Below are positions 50,755 through 60,554 of a stretch of 64,000 bases of DNA, in pieces. This DNA is from an uncultured Armatimonadetes bacterium. Its GTDB lineage: Bacteria > Armatimonadota > UBA5829 > DTJY01. The notes beneath the pieces are model-generated. The model was given only the letters and a program-made list of their open reading frames with translations. It was not told the origin of the DNA and did no database searches. The translations under genes and the position numbers were made by a program. Position 1 is the first letter of the stretch, and the number at the start of each line of letters is the position of its first letter. The stretch covers positions 2,624,001 to 2,688,000 of the forward strand of contig OY970325.1 in the NCBI GenBank assembly GCA_963717145.1. Reading direction: 5' to 3'.

Positions 50755-52116
50755 CGAATTGCTTCACGAACGATGTTACCGAAACGGAAACGTTGCCTCA
50801 GATAAGAATGTTACCGAAACTGAGGCATGGAGAAGATGACAACTGCATCCGTAAGAGAAGTCGTGAGGCGCAAACGCAAAGAATATGGCAAAGCCACCAA
50901 ATCGGAGAAGAAGCTGGTATTGAGTGAAGTCCAGGGATTGACCGGTTACCACAGGAAGTCGCTGGTGAGGCTGTTCGCGAAAGGAGTTCCACCAGCGAGG
51001 AGTCCAGTGAGACGCGCAAGGAAGTCGAAATACGAGCCGATAGCCCACAAGCTGAAGACACTCTGGGCTGCGAGTTTCTACGCGTGCGGTAAGCGTCTGC
51101 AGCCGTTTCTGACTGAGTTTCTACCCATACTGGAGTCATTCGGGGAGATAACGGTTACACCAGAAGAAGAGAGGCTGCTTAACTCGATCAGCGCGTCGAG
51201 CATCGACAGGTTGATGAAGAAGGAGCGGTCTGCCCTATCGCTAACAGGGAGGACCTTAACAAAGCCGGGGACACTGCTTCGGTCTCAGATCCCGGTGAGG
51301 ACGTTTGCCGACTGGGATGAAGCTGAGCCTGGGTTCTTCGAGATGGACTTGGTGGGTCATTGCGGAGGTGACGGGAGCGGAGAGTTCCTGTATACTTTGA
51401 CTATGACTGATGTAGCGACCGGATGGGTAGCGCTTGATGGAATGAAAGGCCGAGGGGAGCACGGAACCGTGCTTGCGGTGCAGTCCGCGTCCAAGAGCGC
51501 ACCGTTTGCAGTCAGAGGCATAGATACCGACAACGGCGGCGAGTTCATCAACCATCACATGAACAAGTACTGTCGAGCGCACAGGATCACGTTTACGCGC
51601 AGTCGGCCTTACAAGAAGAACGATCAATGTCATGTAGAGCAGAAGAACTGGAGCGTAGTCCGGCAGTTTATAGGTTACCGGCGATTCGAGACGGACGAGC
51701 AGCTTGCGGTACTAAAGGCGATATATCCGCTGATCGTGGCGTATCACAACTTCTGTCAGCCCATGATGCGTCTTAAAGAAAAGGAGCGGATTGGGAGTAA
51801 AGTGATCAAACGCTATGAGCCTGCGATGACGCCGTACCGCAAGCTGATAAGTGTTGAAGGATGGCTTGACGATGAAGCAAAGGATCGCCTCGATAAAGAA
51901 CGTAGAGCGACGAACCCGGTGGAGCTACTAAGACGCATCCACAGGCTATCATCAAAGCTTGACAGGATGCCGAATAAAGACAGATCGAAAGCGAGCAAGG
52001 CGCGGCCCTGAGCGGCGATCAAGAGCCGATCTGACATACTTGAACACACTACTTGGTAACATTATCAATGACGCAACGAATGGCGTTTCGGTAACAAAGC
52101 TAAATGAGGCAACACG
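50755..52116 (+). mobile_element. 1362-bp IS, copy 2, TSD GAGCG
   Basis: Near-identical to copy 1 (one visible T/C difference near the right end); GAGCG at 50750-50754 and 52117-52121. Confidence 0.92.
50827..52011 (+). CDS. DDE (rve integrase-like) transposase
   Basis: Protein identical to 39654-40838. Confidence 0.92.
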   Translation: MEKMTTASVREVVRRKRKEYGKATKSEKKLVLSEVQGLTGYHRKSLVRLFAKGVPPARSPVRRARKSKYEPIAHKLKTLWAASFYACGKRLQPFLTEFLPILESFGEITVTPEEERLLNSISASSIDRLMKKERSALSLTGRTLTKPGTLLRSQIPVRTFADWDEAEPGFFEMDLVGHCGGDGSGEFLYTLTMTDVATGWVALDGMKGRGEHGTVLAVQSASKSAPFAVRGIDTDNGGEFINHHMNKYCRAHRITFTRSRPYKKNDQCHVEQKNWSVVRQFIGYRRFETDEQLAVLKAIYPLIVAYHNFCQPMMRLKEKERIGSKVIKRYEPAMTPYRKLISVEGWLDDEAKDRLDKERRATNPVELLRRIHRLSSKLDRMPNKDRSKASKARP

Positions 52117-52131
52117 GAGCGACTCGGCAGC

Positions 52132-52310
52132 GAGGTGCATTACCACAGAGTGGGTCAGCCTCTCGTTATGCCACCAGAGTGGCTACTCGAGGAGAACGGT
52201 TGGGTGGCTTGCCAAGCTTCCCAAGCCCCAAACCCGTCTAGTCTCGAGTAGGTTTCTCTGGAAACCATAACGAGAGACGGTCGCCACCCACTCAACTCGA
52301 ATGCACCCTC
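52132..52310. ncRNA. Candidate rod-like structured RNA
   Basis: Six stacked helices separated by internal loops, paired by eye. Confidence 0.4.
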
Positions 52311-52326
52311 CGCAGCGAGGTAGCTC

Positions 52327-52356
52327 TTGACATCCATCCGCGTCACATGGTATAAG
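52327..52356 (+). promoter_or_regulatory. Predicted glnA promoter TTGACA-18-TATAAG
   Basis: ttgaca...tggTATAAG upstream of 52580. Confidence 0.6.
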
Positions 52357-52579
52357 TTCGGCGAGCCGTAGCCTTCTTCCATCGTGGGGAGAAGCTTCGC
52401 TCCGACGCAGGACACGGACATCACAGTGGATGTAGAATATGCCGCGAATGGCACTTCTACATCCATTTTGTGTTTTGGGTACGAATGAGTAGTGGCCGTG
52501 CCTCTGTGCCGGCCATCCCAATCGCGCAGGCCGGCACAGAGGCACGGCCACTACATGAGACTAAAAGGGAGATACGCAC

Positions 52580-53908
52580 ATGAAGGACAAAGAGTACATT
52601 CTGAAGACCGCAAAGGAGAACAAAGTAAGGTTCATAAGGATGTGGTTTACCGACATCCTGGGGTTCCTGAAGAGCTTCGCGATCACCGCCAGTGAGCTGG
52701 AGAAAGCCCTCGACGAAGGGATGGGCTTCGACGGCTCGTCGATCCAGGGATTCGCGCGAATCGACGAGAGCGACATGATCGCCATGCCCGACGTCTCGAC
52801 GTTCCAGCTTCTTCCATGGCGCTCCAAGGGAGAGACCGCCGTGGCGCGTATCTTCTGCGACGTAGTGCAGCCGAACGGCAAGCCGTATGACGGCGATCCT
52901 CGGTACGTGCTCAAGAGAACGCTCAAGAAGGCTGCGGACATGGGCTATACCTACTACGTAGGCCCTGAGTTGGAGTATTTCTACTTCAGGAGCAGCAAGG
53001 GCGTCCCTGAGCCCCTCGACGAGGGCGGTTACTTCGACCTGACGCCGATGGACCTGGCGAGTGACCTCCGGCGTGACACCGTCATGATGCTCGAGGACAT
53101 GGGCATCGAGGTCGAGTACAGCCACCATGAGGTCGCGCCGAGCCAGCACGAGATCGACCTGCGCTACACTGACGCACTCACGATGGCCGACAATGCGATG
53201 ACCTACCGCCTGGTAGTCAAGGAAGTGGCGCTCAAGTATGACGCCTACGCAACCTTTATGCCCAAGCCGGTGTTCGGGGAGAACGGCAGCGGGATGCATG
53301 TGCATCAGTCGCTCTTCGAGGGTCCGCGCAACGCGTTTTTTGATGCGAAGGACAAGTGGCACCTTTCCAAGGTGGCGAAGCACTACATCGCCGGCCTGCT
53401 GAAGTACGCACCGGAACTGACGCTCGTGACGAACCAGTGGGTCAACAGCTACAAGCGCTTGGTCCCGGGGTACGAAGCGCCGGTCTACGTGTCCTGGGCG
53501 CTGCGGAATCGGTCTGACCTGATCCGCGTCCCGGAATACAAGCCGGGCAAGGAGACCGCGACCCGCATCGAGTATCGGTCGCCCGATCCCGCATGCAATC
53601 CGTACCTGGCGTTCTCAGTCATGCTGGCGGCCGGGCTCGAAGGCATCAAGAACCAATGGGAGGCCCCTGAGCCGGTCGAGCAGAACGTCTACGAGATGGG
53701 CGAAGAGGAGCGCAAGGAACGAGGCATCAACACGCTGCCGGAGAACCTGCACGACGCAATCAAGCTGGCCGAGGAGAGCACGCTCCTGCGGGAGACGCTC
53801 GGCGAGCATGTTTTCACGAAGCTGATCGAGAACAAGAAGCGCGAGTGGGATCGCTTCAAGGCCCAGGTGACCCAGTTCGAGCTGGATGAGTACCTGCCGG
53901 TGCTCTAG
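52580..53908 (+). CDS. glnA: Glutamine synthetase type I, copy 1
   Basis: FTDILG, FDGSSIQGF, GPELE, HHEVAPSQHE, FMPKP..GENGSGMH, YKRLVPGYEAP, RIEYRSPD. Confidence 0.95.
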   Translation: MKDKEYILKTAKENKVRFIRMWFTDILGFLKSFAITASELEKALDEGMGFDGSSIQGFARIDESDMIAMPDVSTFQLLPWRSKGETAVARIFCDVVQPNGKPYDGDPRYVLKRTLKKAADMGYTYYVGPELEYFYFRSSKGVPEPLDEGGYFDLTPMDLASDLRRDTVMMLEDMGIEVEYSHHEVAPSQHEIDLRYTDALTMADNAMTYRLVVKEVALKYDAYATFMPKPVFGENGSGMHVHQSLFEGPRNAFFDAKDKWHLSKVAKHYIAGLLKYAPELTLVTNQWVNSYKRLVPGYEAPVYVSWALRNRSDLIRVPEYKPGKETATRIEYRSPDPACNPYLAFSVMLAAGLEGIKNQWEAPEPVEQNVYEMGEEERKERGINTLPENLHDAIKLAEESTLLRETLGEHVFTKLIENKKREWDRFKAQVTQFELDEYLPVL

Positions 53909-54019
53909 GAGAAGAAGTCAGGAGTCAGAATACAGAAGTCAGAAGAAACCATCTAGTCCTGGGCGCCCGGACCTGTGTCTCCATTCTGACTCCTTACTTC
54001 TGACTCCTGACTCCCTTGT

Positions 54020-54691
54020 ATGAGAGGCGTTCTGATCATAACCGAGGGGCAGCGCGACATGGTTTCGCTGTCGAGTTGTCTGGTCCGCGCGGGGTACAGC
54101 GTCGAGGTCTGCGCCTCATCCGATGACGCGATCCTGGAGGCCCTGAGCAACGTCACGCCCGAGGTAGTGCTCTTCGACGGTGTGAGCACCAGTCGCACGC
54201 CTGCCGAGATCAGGAAGCTTCTCGCCACCGAATGCAGCCTCAAAGAGGTCCTTTTCGTCCTGATCGCCACCGAGGACCAGGCGGGCGAGATCGATCTCAG
54301 CGGCGTCGACGACTTCCTCATCCCACCTTACACCCCGGGCGAATTCCTCGCGCGTCTTCGCCTCATCTTCTGGCGCGTGAAGGGCATCGACGGCGACCAG
54401 GTGGTCAAGGTCGGCGACCTGATGATCGACCTCCAGAACTATGAGGTCACGATCGACGGCATCCCTGTCGAAATGACGTTCAAGGAATACGAGCTGCTGA
54501 AGTTCCTCGCGACTCATCGGGGCCGAGTTTTCACGCGTGAGGCGCTCCTCAACCACGTCTGGGGATACGACTACTACGGCGGCACACGCACGGTGGACGT
54601 GCATATCCGCAGGATCCGCTCGAAACTCGGGACTGAGAGTGAGGACCTGATCGAGACGGTCCGCAATGTGGGCTACCGTTTCGCGGGGTGA
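54020..54691 (+). CDS. OmpR-family response regulator, GlnR-like
   Basis: Atypical receiver; wHTH TFKEYELLKFLA...VFTRE.LL..VWGYDYYGGTRTVDVHIRR.R.KLG; lies between two glnA genes. Confidence 0.8.
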   Translation: MRGVLIITEGQRDMVSLSSCLVRAGYSVEVCASSDDAILEALSNVTPEVVLFDGVSTSRTPAEIRKLLATECSLKEVLFVLIATEDQAGEIDLSGVDDFLIPPYTPGEFLARLRLIFWRVKGIDGDQVVKVGDLMIDLQNYEVTIDGIPVEMTFKEYELLKFLATHRGRVFTREALLNHVWGYDYYGGTRTVDVHIRRIRSKLGTESEDLIETVRNVGYRFAG

Positions 54692-54707
54692 AGTCGAGCG
54701 GAGAGTC

Positions 54708-54829
54708 GGAATCTGAACCGTCTAGTCCTGAGTGCGCCTCTGGGCGTGTAACGAAGGACGGCCTGTGCAGTGCCACCGTCCTTCGTTACACGCCCAGAGG
54801 CGCACTCAGGACTAGACGGTTCAGATTCC
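54708..54829. repeat. Perfect 54-bp-arm palindrome (related shorter copy at ~25927-25988)
   Basis: ggaatctgaaccgtctagtcctgagtgcgcc... with a 14-nt loop. Confidence 0.92.
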
Positions 54830-54856
54830 CCAATGAGTATGAGTAGGATTCGGGGA

Positions 54857-54894
54857 GTAACACACAGTTAATTTCTCCGAAACACGCCTGAAAC
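54857..54894 (+). promoter_or_regulatory. GlnR-box-like operator
   Basis: GTAAC-n6-TTAAT-n6-GAAAC-n6-GAAAC, followed by TATCAT (-10-like) at ~54905. Confidence 0.65.
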
Positions 54895-54956
54895 ATTTCG
54901 CTTCTATCATGTAGCCATCGAACCCAAACGAACCCAAGAAGGGAGATCTGCAAGTC

Positions 54957-56279
54957 ATGACAGCAAAGGAAAAGGTACTAAAGGAAGCAAAAGACAAAGG
55001 CGTCGAATTCATCAGGCTCTGGTTCACCGATGTGCTCGGTCAACTCAAGAGCTTTGCAATAACCTCGGACGAACTCGAAGGCGCGCTCGCGGAGGGCATG
55101 GGCTTCGACGGCTCCTCGATCACGGGCTACCAGGACATCCAGGAGAGCGACATGATCGCCATGCCGGATCCCAGCACGTTCTGCCTGCTGCCCTGGAGAC
55201 CGACGGAAAAGGGTGTCGCCCGTATGTTCTGCGACATCCTGGAGCCGAGCGGTAACCCCTACGAAGGCGACCCGCGATACATCCTGCGCCGTGCAGTGAA
55301 GAATGCCGCGGACAAGGGCTTCACGATGTTCGTCGGTCCCGAGTTGGAGTACTTCTACTTGAAGGACTCGAGTTCGACCCAGATCCTCGATCACGGCGGA
55401 TACTTCGACCTCACTCCGCTCGATGTCGCGACCAGCCTGCGCCGAGAGACCATCCTGACGCTCCAGGAGATGGGCATCACCGTCGAGTACAGCCACCACG
55501 AGGTCGCACCGAGCCAGCACGAGATCGACCTCCGCTACACGGATGCCCTCACGATGGCGGACAACGCCATGACCTATCGCCTGGTAGTGAAGGAGATCGC
55601 GCAGAAGAACGGCGTGTATGCCACATTCATGCCGAAGCCGATCTTCGGACAGAACGGCAGCGGAATGCACACGCACCAGTCGCTCTTCAAGAAAGGCCGC
55701 AACGCGTTCTTCGATGCGAACGATCAGTACAGCCTGTCGACTGACGCAAAGCATTACATCGCCGGTCTGCTCAGGCACTCGAAGGAGATGTCCTCGATCC
55801 TCGCGCAGTGGGTCAACAGCTACAAGCGGCTGGTCCCCGGCTACGAGGCGCCGGTCTACATCGCGTGGTCGCAGAGAAACCGTTCTGCGCTCGTGCGAGT
55901 CCCGCACTACAAGCCCGGCAAGGAGAACGCAACCCGCGCCGAGTTGAGATGCCCCGATCCCGCGTGCAATCCGTACCTGGCGTTTGCCGTGATGCTCAGA
56001 GCCGGACTCAAGGGCATGGAAGAGAAGTACGAGCTGCCCGAGCCGATGGAGAAGAACCTCTATCACCTCAGCGACGCCGAGCGCAAGTCGCTGGGCATCG
56101 AGAGCCTGCCGTCGAGCCTCGGTGAGGCGATCGCGTGCACCGAGAACAGCGAACTGGTCCGAGAGACGCTCGGCGACCACGCGTTCGAGCGGTTCATCGA
56201 GGTCAAGAAATGGGAGTGGGATGACTTCCGGATTCAGGTGACAGGGTACGAGTTGGACAAGTACCTTCCGATACTCTGA
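54957..56279 (+). CDS. glnA: Glutamine synthetase type I, copy 2
   Basis: Same GS motifs; clear paralog of 52580. Confidence 0.95.
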   Translation: MTAKEKVLKEAKDKGVEFIRLWFTDVLGQLKSFAITSDELEGALAEGMGFDGSSITGYQDIQESDMIAMPDPSTFCLLPWRPTEKGVARMFCDILEPSGNPYEGDPRYILRRAVKNAADKGFTMFVGPELEYFYLKDSSSTQILDHGGYFDLTPLDVATSLRRETILTLQEMGITVEYSHHEVAPSQHEIDLRYTDALTMADNAMTYRLVVKEIAQKNGVYATFMPKPIFGQNGSGMHTHQSLFKKGRNAFFDANDQYSLSTDAKHYIAGLLRHSKEMSSILAQWVNSYKRLVPGYEAPVYIAWSQRNRSALVRVPHYKPGKENATRAELRCPDPACNPYLAFAVMLRAGLKGMEEKYELPEPMEKNLYHLSDAERKSLGIESLPSSLGEAIACTENSELVRETLGDHAFERFIEVKKWEWDDFRIQVTGYELDKYLPIL

Positions 56280-56292
56280 CGCCTGACGCACC

Positions 56293-56334
56293 GCAGGCCT
56301 GTCGCCTTCTTGGGTTCGGCGGCAGGCCTGTTTG
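56293..56334. terminator. Terminator-like hairpin after glnA
   Basis: caggcctgtcgcc...ggcggcaggcctg-tttgt. Confidence 0.6.
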
Positions 56335-56423
56335 TCAAAAAGACCTTAGACGTTAGACTCTGGACTTCAGTGCGGACACCGGATATGATGTCTAAGGTCT
56401 AGAGTCTAACGTCTTCCGTTGCT

Positions 56424-56528
56424 CTACTTCTTCTTCGCGGCCGCTGCTGCTTCCTCGCGCATCCGAGCCTTGTAGTTCTCCTGCTTGCGCTTCCATCCCT
56501 TGATCAGATCCCTGTTTCTCAATCGCAT
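56424..56528 (-). CDS. 34-aa basic small protein
   Basis: MRLRNRDLIKGWKRKQENYKARMREEAAAAAKKK with GGGGAGGTG upstream; below the ORF-track cutoff. Confidence 0.55.
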   Translation of the reverse strand: MRLRNRDLIKGWKRKQENYKARMREEAAAAAKKK

Positions 56529-56907
56529 AGCTTCCCACACCTCCCCTTAGCTCACACTTGTATTCGAAAACACCATCGATCAGACAGAGCACCTGCTCAC
56601 GAGTCGGGCACGTGATCTGTCCGATCGCCAGATGTCGCGGCACTATTATACCACATGGGGAACATAAGCATTCAGGCATAGGACGGCTGCTACCCGTGGG
56701 GGACCGAAAAAAGAGAGGTTTGGAATCATTTTTTGTTGCAAATCTGAGGCGGATCGGGTACAATGCAGGGTGGCAACAGGCGACGGCCCATGTGTGATTC
56801 GTGCGGATGCTCTTCTCTGAGGATAAGTTCACTCGTGTTGAATTGGCCCTGCGGCACCGCGCCATGCTAGATTAGATCGGGATTGAAGTCCCGGAGAGGA
56901 GTACAAG

Positions 56908-57279
56908 TTGGCTAACAAGTCATTGTACGTCGGCAACCTGTCTTACAGTACCACGGAAGAGGAGCTGAAGAGCCTGTTCGATCCGTGGGGACCCGTCGCA
57001 GAGGCCCGGATAGTTCAGGGTCGTGGATTCGGATTCGTGGACGTTCCTGAGGAGAAGGCTCAGGAAGCGATCGATTCGACCAATGGTAAGGAGTACCAGG
57101 GTCGCACACTCACCGTTAACGAGGCCAAGCCTCGGACACAGGGTGGCGGCGGCGGCGGTTACGGCGGCGGCGGCGGTCGTGGCGGCGGTGGCGGCGGTTA
57201 CGGCGGCGGCGGCGGTCGTGGCGGCGGTGGCGGCGGTTACGGCGGCGGCGGTGGCGGCGGTCGTAGAGAGCGCTGGTAA
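56908..57279 (+). CDS. RRM RNA-binding protein with Gly-rich tail
   Basis: RNP2 LYVGNL, RNP1 RGFGFV, LTVNEA; 42-nt Gly/Tyr/Arg tandem repeats. Confidence 0.95.
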   Translation: MANKSLYVGNLSYSTTEEELKSLFDPWGPVAEARIVQGRGFGFVDVPEEKAQEAIDSTNGKEYQGRTLTVNEAKPRTQGGGGGGYGGGGGRGGGGGGYGGGGGRGGGGGGYGGGGGGGRRERW

Positions 57280-57302
57280 GCTTCTACCGAAGTAGACACA
57301 TC

Positions 57303-57330
57303 AAGGGAGACCGAAAGGTCTCCCTTTTTT
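57303..57330 (+). terminator. Intrinsic terminator
   Basis: aagggagacc-gaaa-ggtctccc-tttttt. Confidence 0.9.
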
Positions 57331-57431
57331 GTTCGGTGTGCGCCATGCATGGGACCAATGGGACCTCTGGGGCATATGGCCGGCACGGAGGCGCGGCCGC
57401 TACTTGACGGTTTTTGCGCCGATGATGCACA

Positions 57432-58229
57432 ATGGGCGCCATGACGAGTCCTCCATTCAACCTTGACGAGACGCGGGTAACGATGATCGCGGGCGGTATC
57501 GCGCTCGTGCTGTCCGTCGTGCTGCTATGGTACTACAGCCGGTCGAAGAAGCTCCTCGACGAAATGTGGGCCGTCGACACCTACGACGCCAGGGAACTGC
57601 GCCGCATGTGCAGTGGAGGGTTCAGGGCGACTGTCGAGGTTCAGGGCAACGTCACCTGCGACCAGCCGGTCATCGCCCCGGCCTCGAAGTTCCCGTGCTG
57701 CTGGTGCCGCACGATCGTCGAGCGCCAGGAGACTCAGGTCCGGGCCAGCAGGACCGGAATCCGCACCGAGCATGTCTGGATCAAGGAATATGACTTCACG
57801 ATCTTCGCCATCTTCAAGGTCAACGACTCGACCGGCTACACGCTCGTGAACCCGCTCGGCGCGGATATAGAAACCGAGGCGCCGTACAAGCTCGTGACCA
57901 ACGAGCACGAGCCCTGGTTCACGGGAGTCGGCTATTCGGATACCGGCATGTACCGCATCACGGAGACGATCTTTGTGCCGACGGGTTTCGTCTACGTGCT
58001 CGGCCAGGCATCATGCGCCGGCGAAGGAACGGACGCTGATGTGCTGATCCATGAACCGAGCGAGGGCTATATCGATCCGAGGCACAAGGTGTTCCTCATC
58101 AGCCGCAAGACTGAGAAGCAGCTCGCGGAATCCCAGGATCTATCGCTCGCGGTCTCCTACTGGGGAGCGGTGATCGGACTCCTGTTCGCGGCATACTGCA
58201 TCCTCAGCCTGGTTGGAGTCGTGCCTTAG
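57432..58229 (+). CDS. Membrane protein with GIDE-like (E3-ligase-associated) domain
   Basis: TM at both ends; VEVQG...P..AP.S..PC, F.V.D.TG..LV.P.GA, YR..E...VYVLGQ. Confidence 0.65.
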   Translation: MGAMTSPPFNLDETRVTMIAGGIALVLSVVLLWYYSRSKKLLDEMWAVDTYDARELRRMCSGGFRATVEVQGNVTCDQPVIAPASKFPCCWCRTIVERQETQVRASRTGIRTEHVWIKEYDFTIFAIFKVNDSTGYTLVNPLGADIETEAPYKLVTNEHEPWFTGVGYSDTGMYRITETIFVPTGFVYVLGQASCAGEGTDADVLIHEPSEGYIDPRHKVFLISRKTEKQLAESQDLSLAVSYWGAVIGLLFAAYCILSLVGVVP

Positions 58230-58299
58230 GAATGCGGAATGTGGAGATAAGGCGGTCAGCTCCCGGGGACGGGGGCTGACCGCCTTTGCAGCAAGTGGA

Positions 58300-58991
58300 C
58301 TATTCGAACCGGATGAAGCTGATACCGAACGCCAGGTCATTGCCGTCGATCAGAGCAGCATCCACGCGCAACTCATCGGTGATCGCAAGGCGCACGCCGA
58401 TATTGATCAGCGATTCGTCGGAAGCGATCCCTCTCATATTCGCGTCTGCTATGAACTCGGCCATGGCGCTCACCTTGGGAGTCAGCGTCCAGTCGAGGCC
58501 GGCGAATAAGCCGCCGTAGATGCCGCCGCCGAAGCCCAGTGTGCCCCTCAGTGGCGCGGAGGGCTCGCCGGCGATGTCCGTGGCAACCGGGGTGAGATTC
58601 TTGCCAAAGACTATGAAGAATCCCGGATCGCCATCCGGATCCAGTTCCCCGGTGAGGTCGGCAGCGCCGATAACGACGGAAGGTACTCGGGTAGTCTCGA
58701 CAAGAATTTCATACTTGGCGTTGAGGAAGGTCCCTTGTCAACTCCCGGCGCATCCGGATCGAAACTTCCGATTCCCAACTCCAAGCCTTCGGTGACACCC
58801 GCCTCCGCGGCGATGATGAGTGGGTTATTGTCACCCTGGAATGAGTGCAGATTCGCACTGAAGTCACCGGGCGACAACACGATGTCATCCGGAGTCAGGA
58901 TGTTGCCCGTGATCCCCAAAAACGACGGCGCTGCGAGCGCTGTGCCGGAGATCAATGCTGCCATCACTGCGATCACGAAGAATCTTCTCAC
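58300..58991 (-). CDS. YjbH-like outer-membrane beta-barrel protein (frameshift ~58730)
   Basis: Signal peptide, APSFLGITGNILTP; FLNAKY..L..P...IG..D; aromatic C-terminus. Confidence 0.65.
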
Positions 58992-59136
58992 TTGGTCTAC
59001 TCCTTTCCGATCACTGAACTGGGCCATGCCGGTGTGAAGTGATTGCACGCCCGCACGTCTATTAGGCAAGCTGCACGTCAACTCCTTCCTGCTTCGGGAA
59101 AACCGGGAGATGGGAGAGATGGGGAGGGATAGAGAG

Positions 59137-60554
59137 CTAACCCAGCGGGAGGGTGAAGGTGAACGCGCTGCCCTTATCAGGCTCGCTCTCGACCCAGATG
59201 CTGCCCCCGTGAGCCTCGACCGCGAGCTTGCAGAAGGTCAGACCGAGGCCGGTGGAGTAGGCCCTGCGCTGCCTGTGAGATTCCACCTGCGCGAACTTGT
59301 CGAAGATCCGCGCGTGGAATTCGGGTGGAATGCCCTCGCCCGTATCGGTCACGCACACAGCGACGAGACCATCGGAGAGTCTGGCATCGACCGTGATTCG
59401 ACCGCCCGGCGCGGTATGGCGGACTGCGTTGCCGAGCAGGTTGATGAGCACCCGGACGACCCGGTCCCTGTCTACCGAGACCATGGGCAGATCAGGGGGC
59501 ACAGCGATCTTCAGTGTCAGCTTCTTCCGTCTGGCCAGGATCCCCACTTGGGTGTAGACCTGCTCGACGATCTCTGCGATTGACGTCGAACGCCTGTGGA
59601 GGACGGTCCGGTGCTCCTCGAGTTTGCTCACATCGAGGAGGTCACTGATCATCTGCAGAAGGGTCTCGCCGCCCGACAGCGCGAGCCCGAGGATCTCATG
59701 CTCCTTCGGCTTCAGGCGAGGTTCCGCGGTCTCGGCCAGCGACTGAACCGACCCGATGACGGCGGTGAGAGGCACGCGCAGATCGTGTACGATCATGTTA
59801 GTCAGGTCTCGCATCACTCGCTCCGACTCCCGGAGCTGCTTGTACGCCAGTCTGAGCTGCCGATTGGCCTCCCGGATGGCGACCGCGCTGTCGAGGGCGA
59901 GGGCGGCTTTGCCGGCCATCGAGGCGATGAGATCCATCGTGTCCACGCTCTCGGTGACTGGATTGCCATTGGGAACAGTGGCCTCCCACCGGCAGATTCG
60001 ATCTCCCAGACCCCCAGCAGTTCGTCTCGACCACGTTGACGCGCTTGCCGTCGAACGAGTCCCTCAGTCCACCTGCCAGAAGCCCCGCCTCGAAACTGCA
60101 GATCGCCTCGCCGATATTCGGGATACCGGAACACGTGGCGCACTCTGTGGCGGCGAGCACAATGCGCACACCGTTCTCCTCCTCGACCGTCGTCTTTGCA
60201 ATGGACAGATCGCTGAGCGCCTGCATCGAATCTTTGAGGCCGTTGATGCCCAACTTCTCAGCGACGGTCTGGCCCGCGAGATTCAGCATGGCGGCGGAGA
60301 GCTTGGCGCCGAGGAGTTCGCGAAACGATAGGAGGCGAACTGCTCTGTAGAGGGAAACCGGGACTGTGCCGCCGAGGGTGGGCCGATCGTGGTAGAAGAC
60401 GCCGGGCACGTCGAGAGGATGCTGAGTCTTGGCCTCCTCGAGGCTCGAGTTGATGATCCGGAGGGCCTGCTCGCGGAAACTGAGGTCCTCTTTGGAACTC
60501 TGGCTTGTTTGTCCTCTTGCGGCTGGACGAACGTGAAGCTTCCGGGCTTTCCAT
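59137..60554 (-). CDS. V4R-domain sensor histidine kinase (frameshifts ~60495 and ~60010)
   Basis: V4R motif EC.TCSG.P..GE.IC.FEAG..AG...ETNCWG; HisKA HDLRVPL; HATPase NLLGNA, DTGEGI, GLGL. Confidence 0.75.

Noticed and set aside
39582-52116. Composite transposon bounded by the two IS copies
   Set aside because: Each copy has its own distinct TSD, so they are independent insertions.
56424-56528. Ribosomal protein bS21 assignment
   Set aside because: Too short and lacks recognisable S21 motifs.
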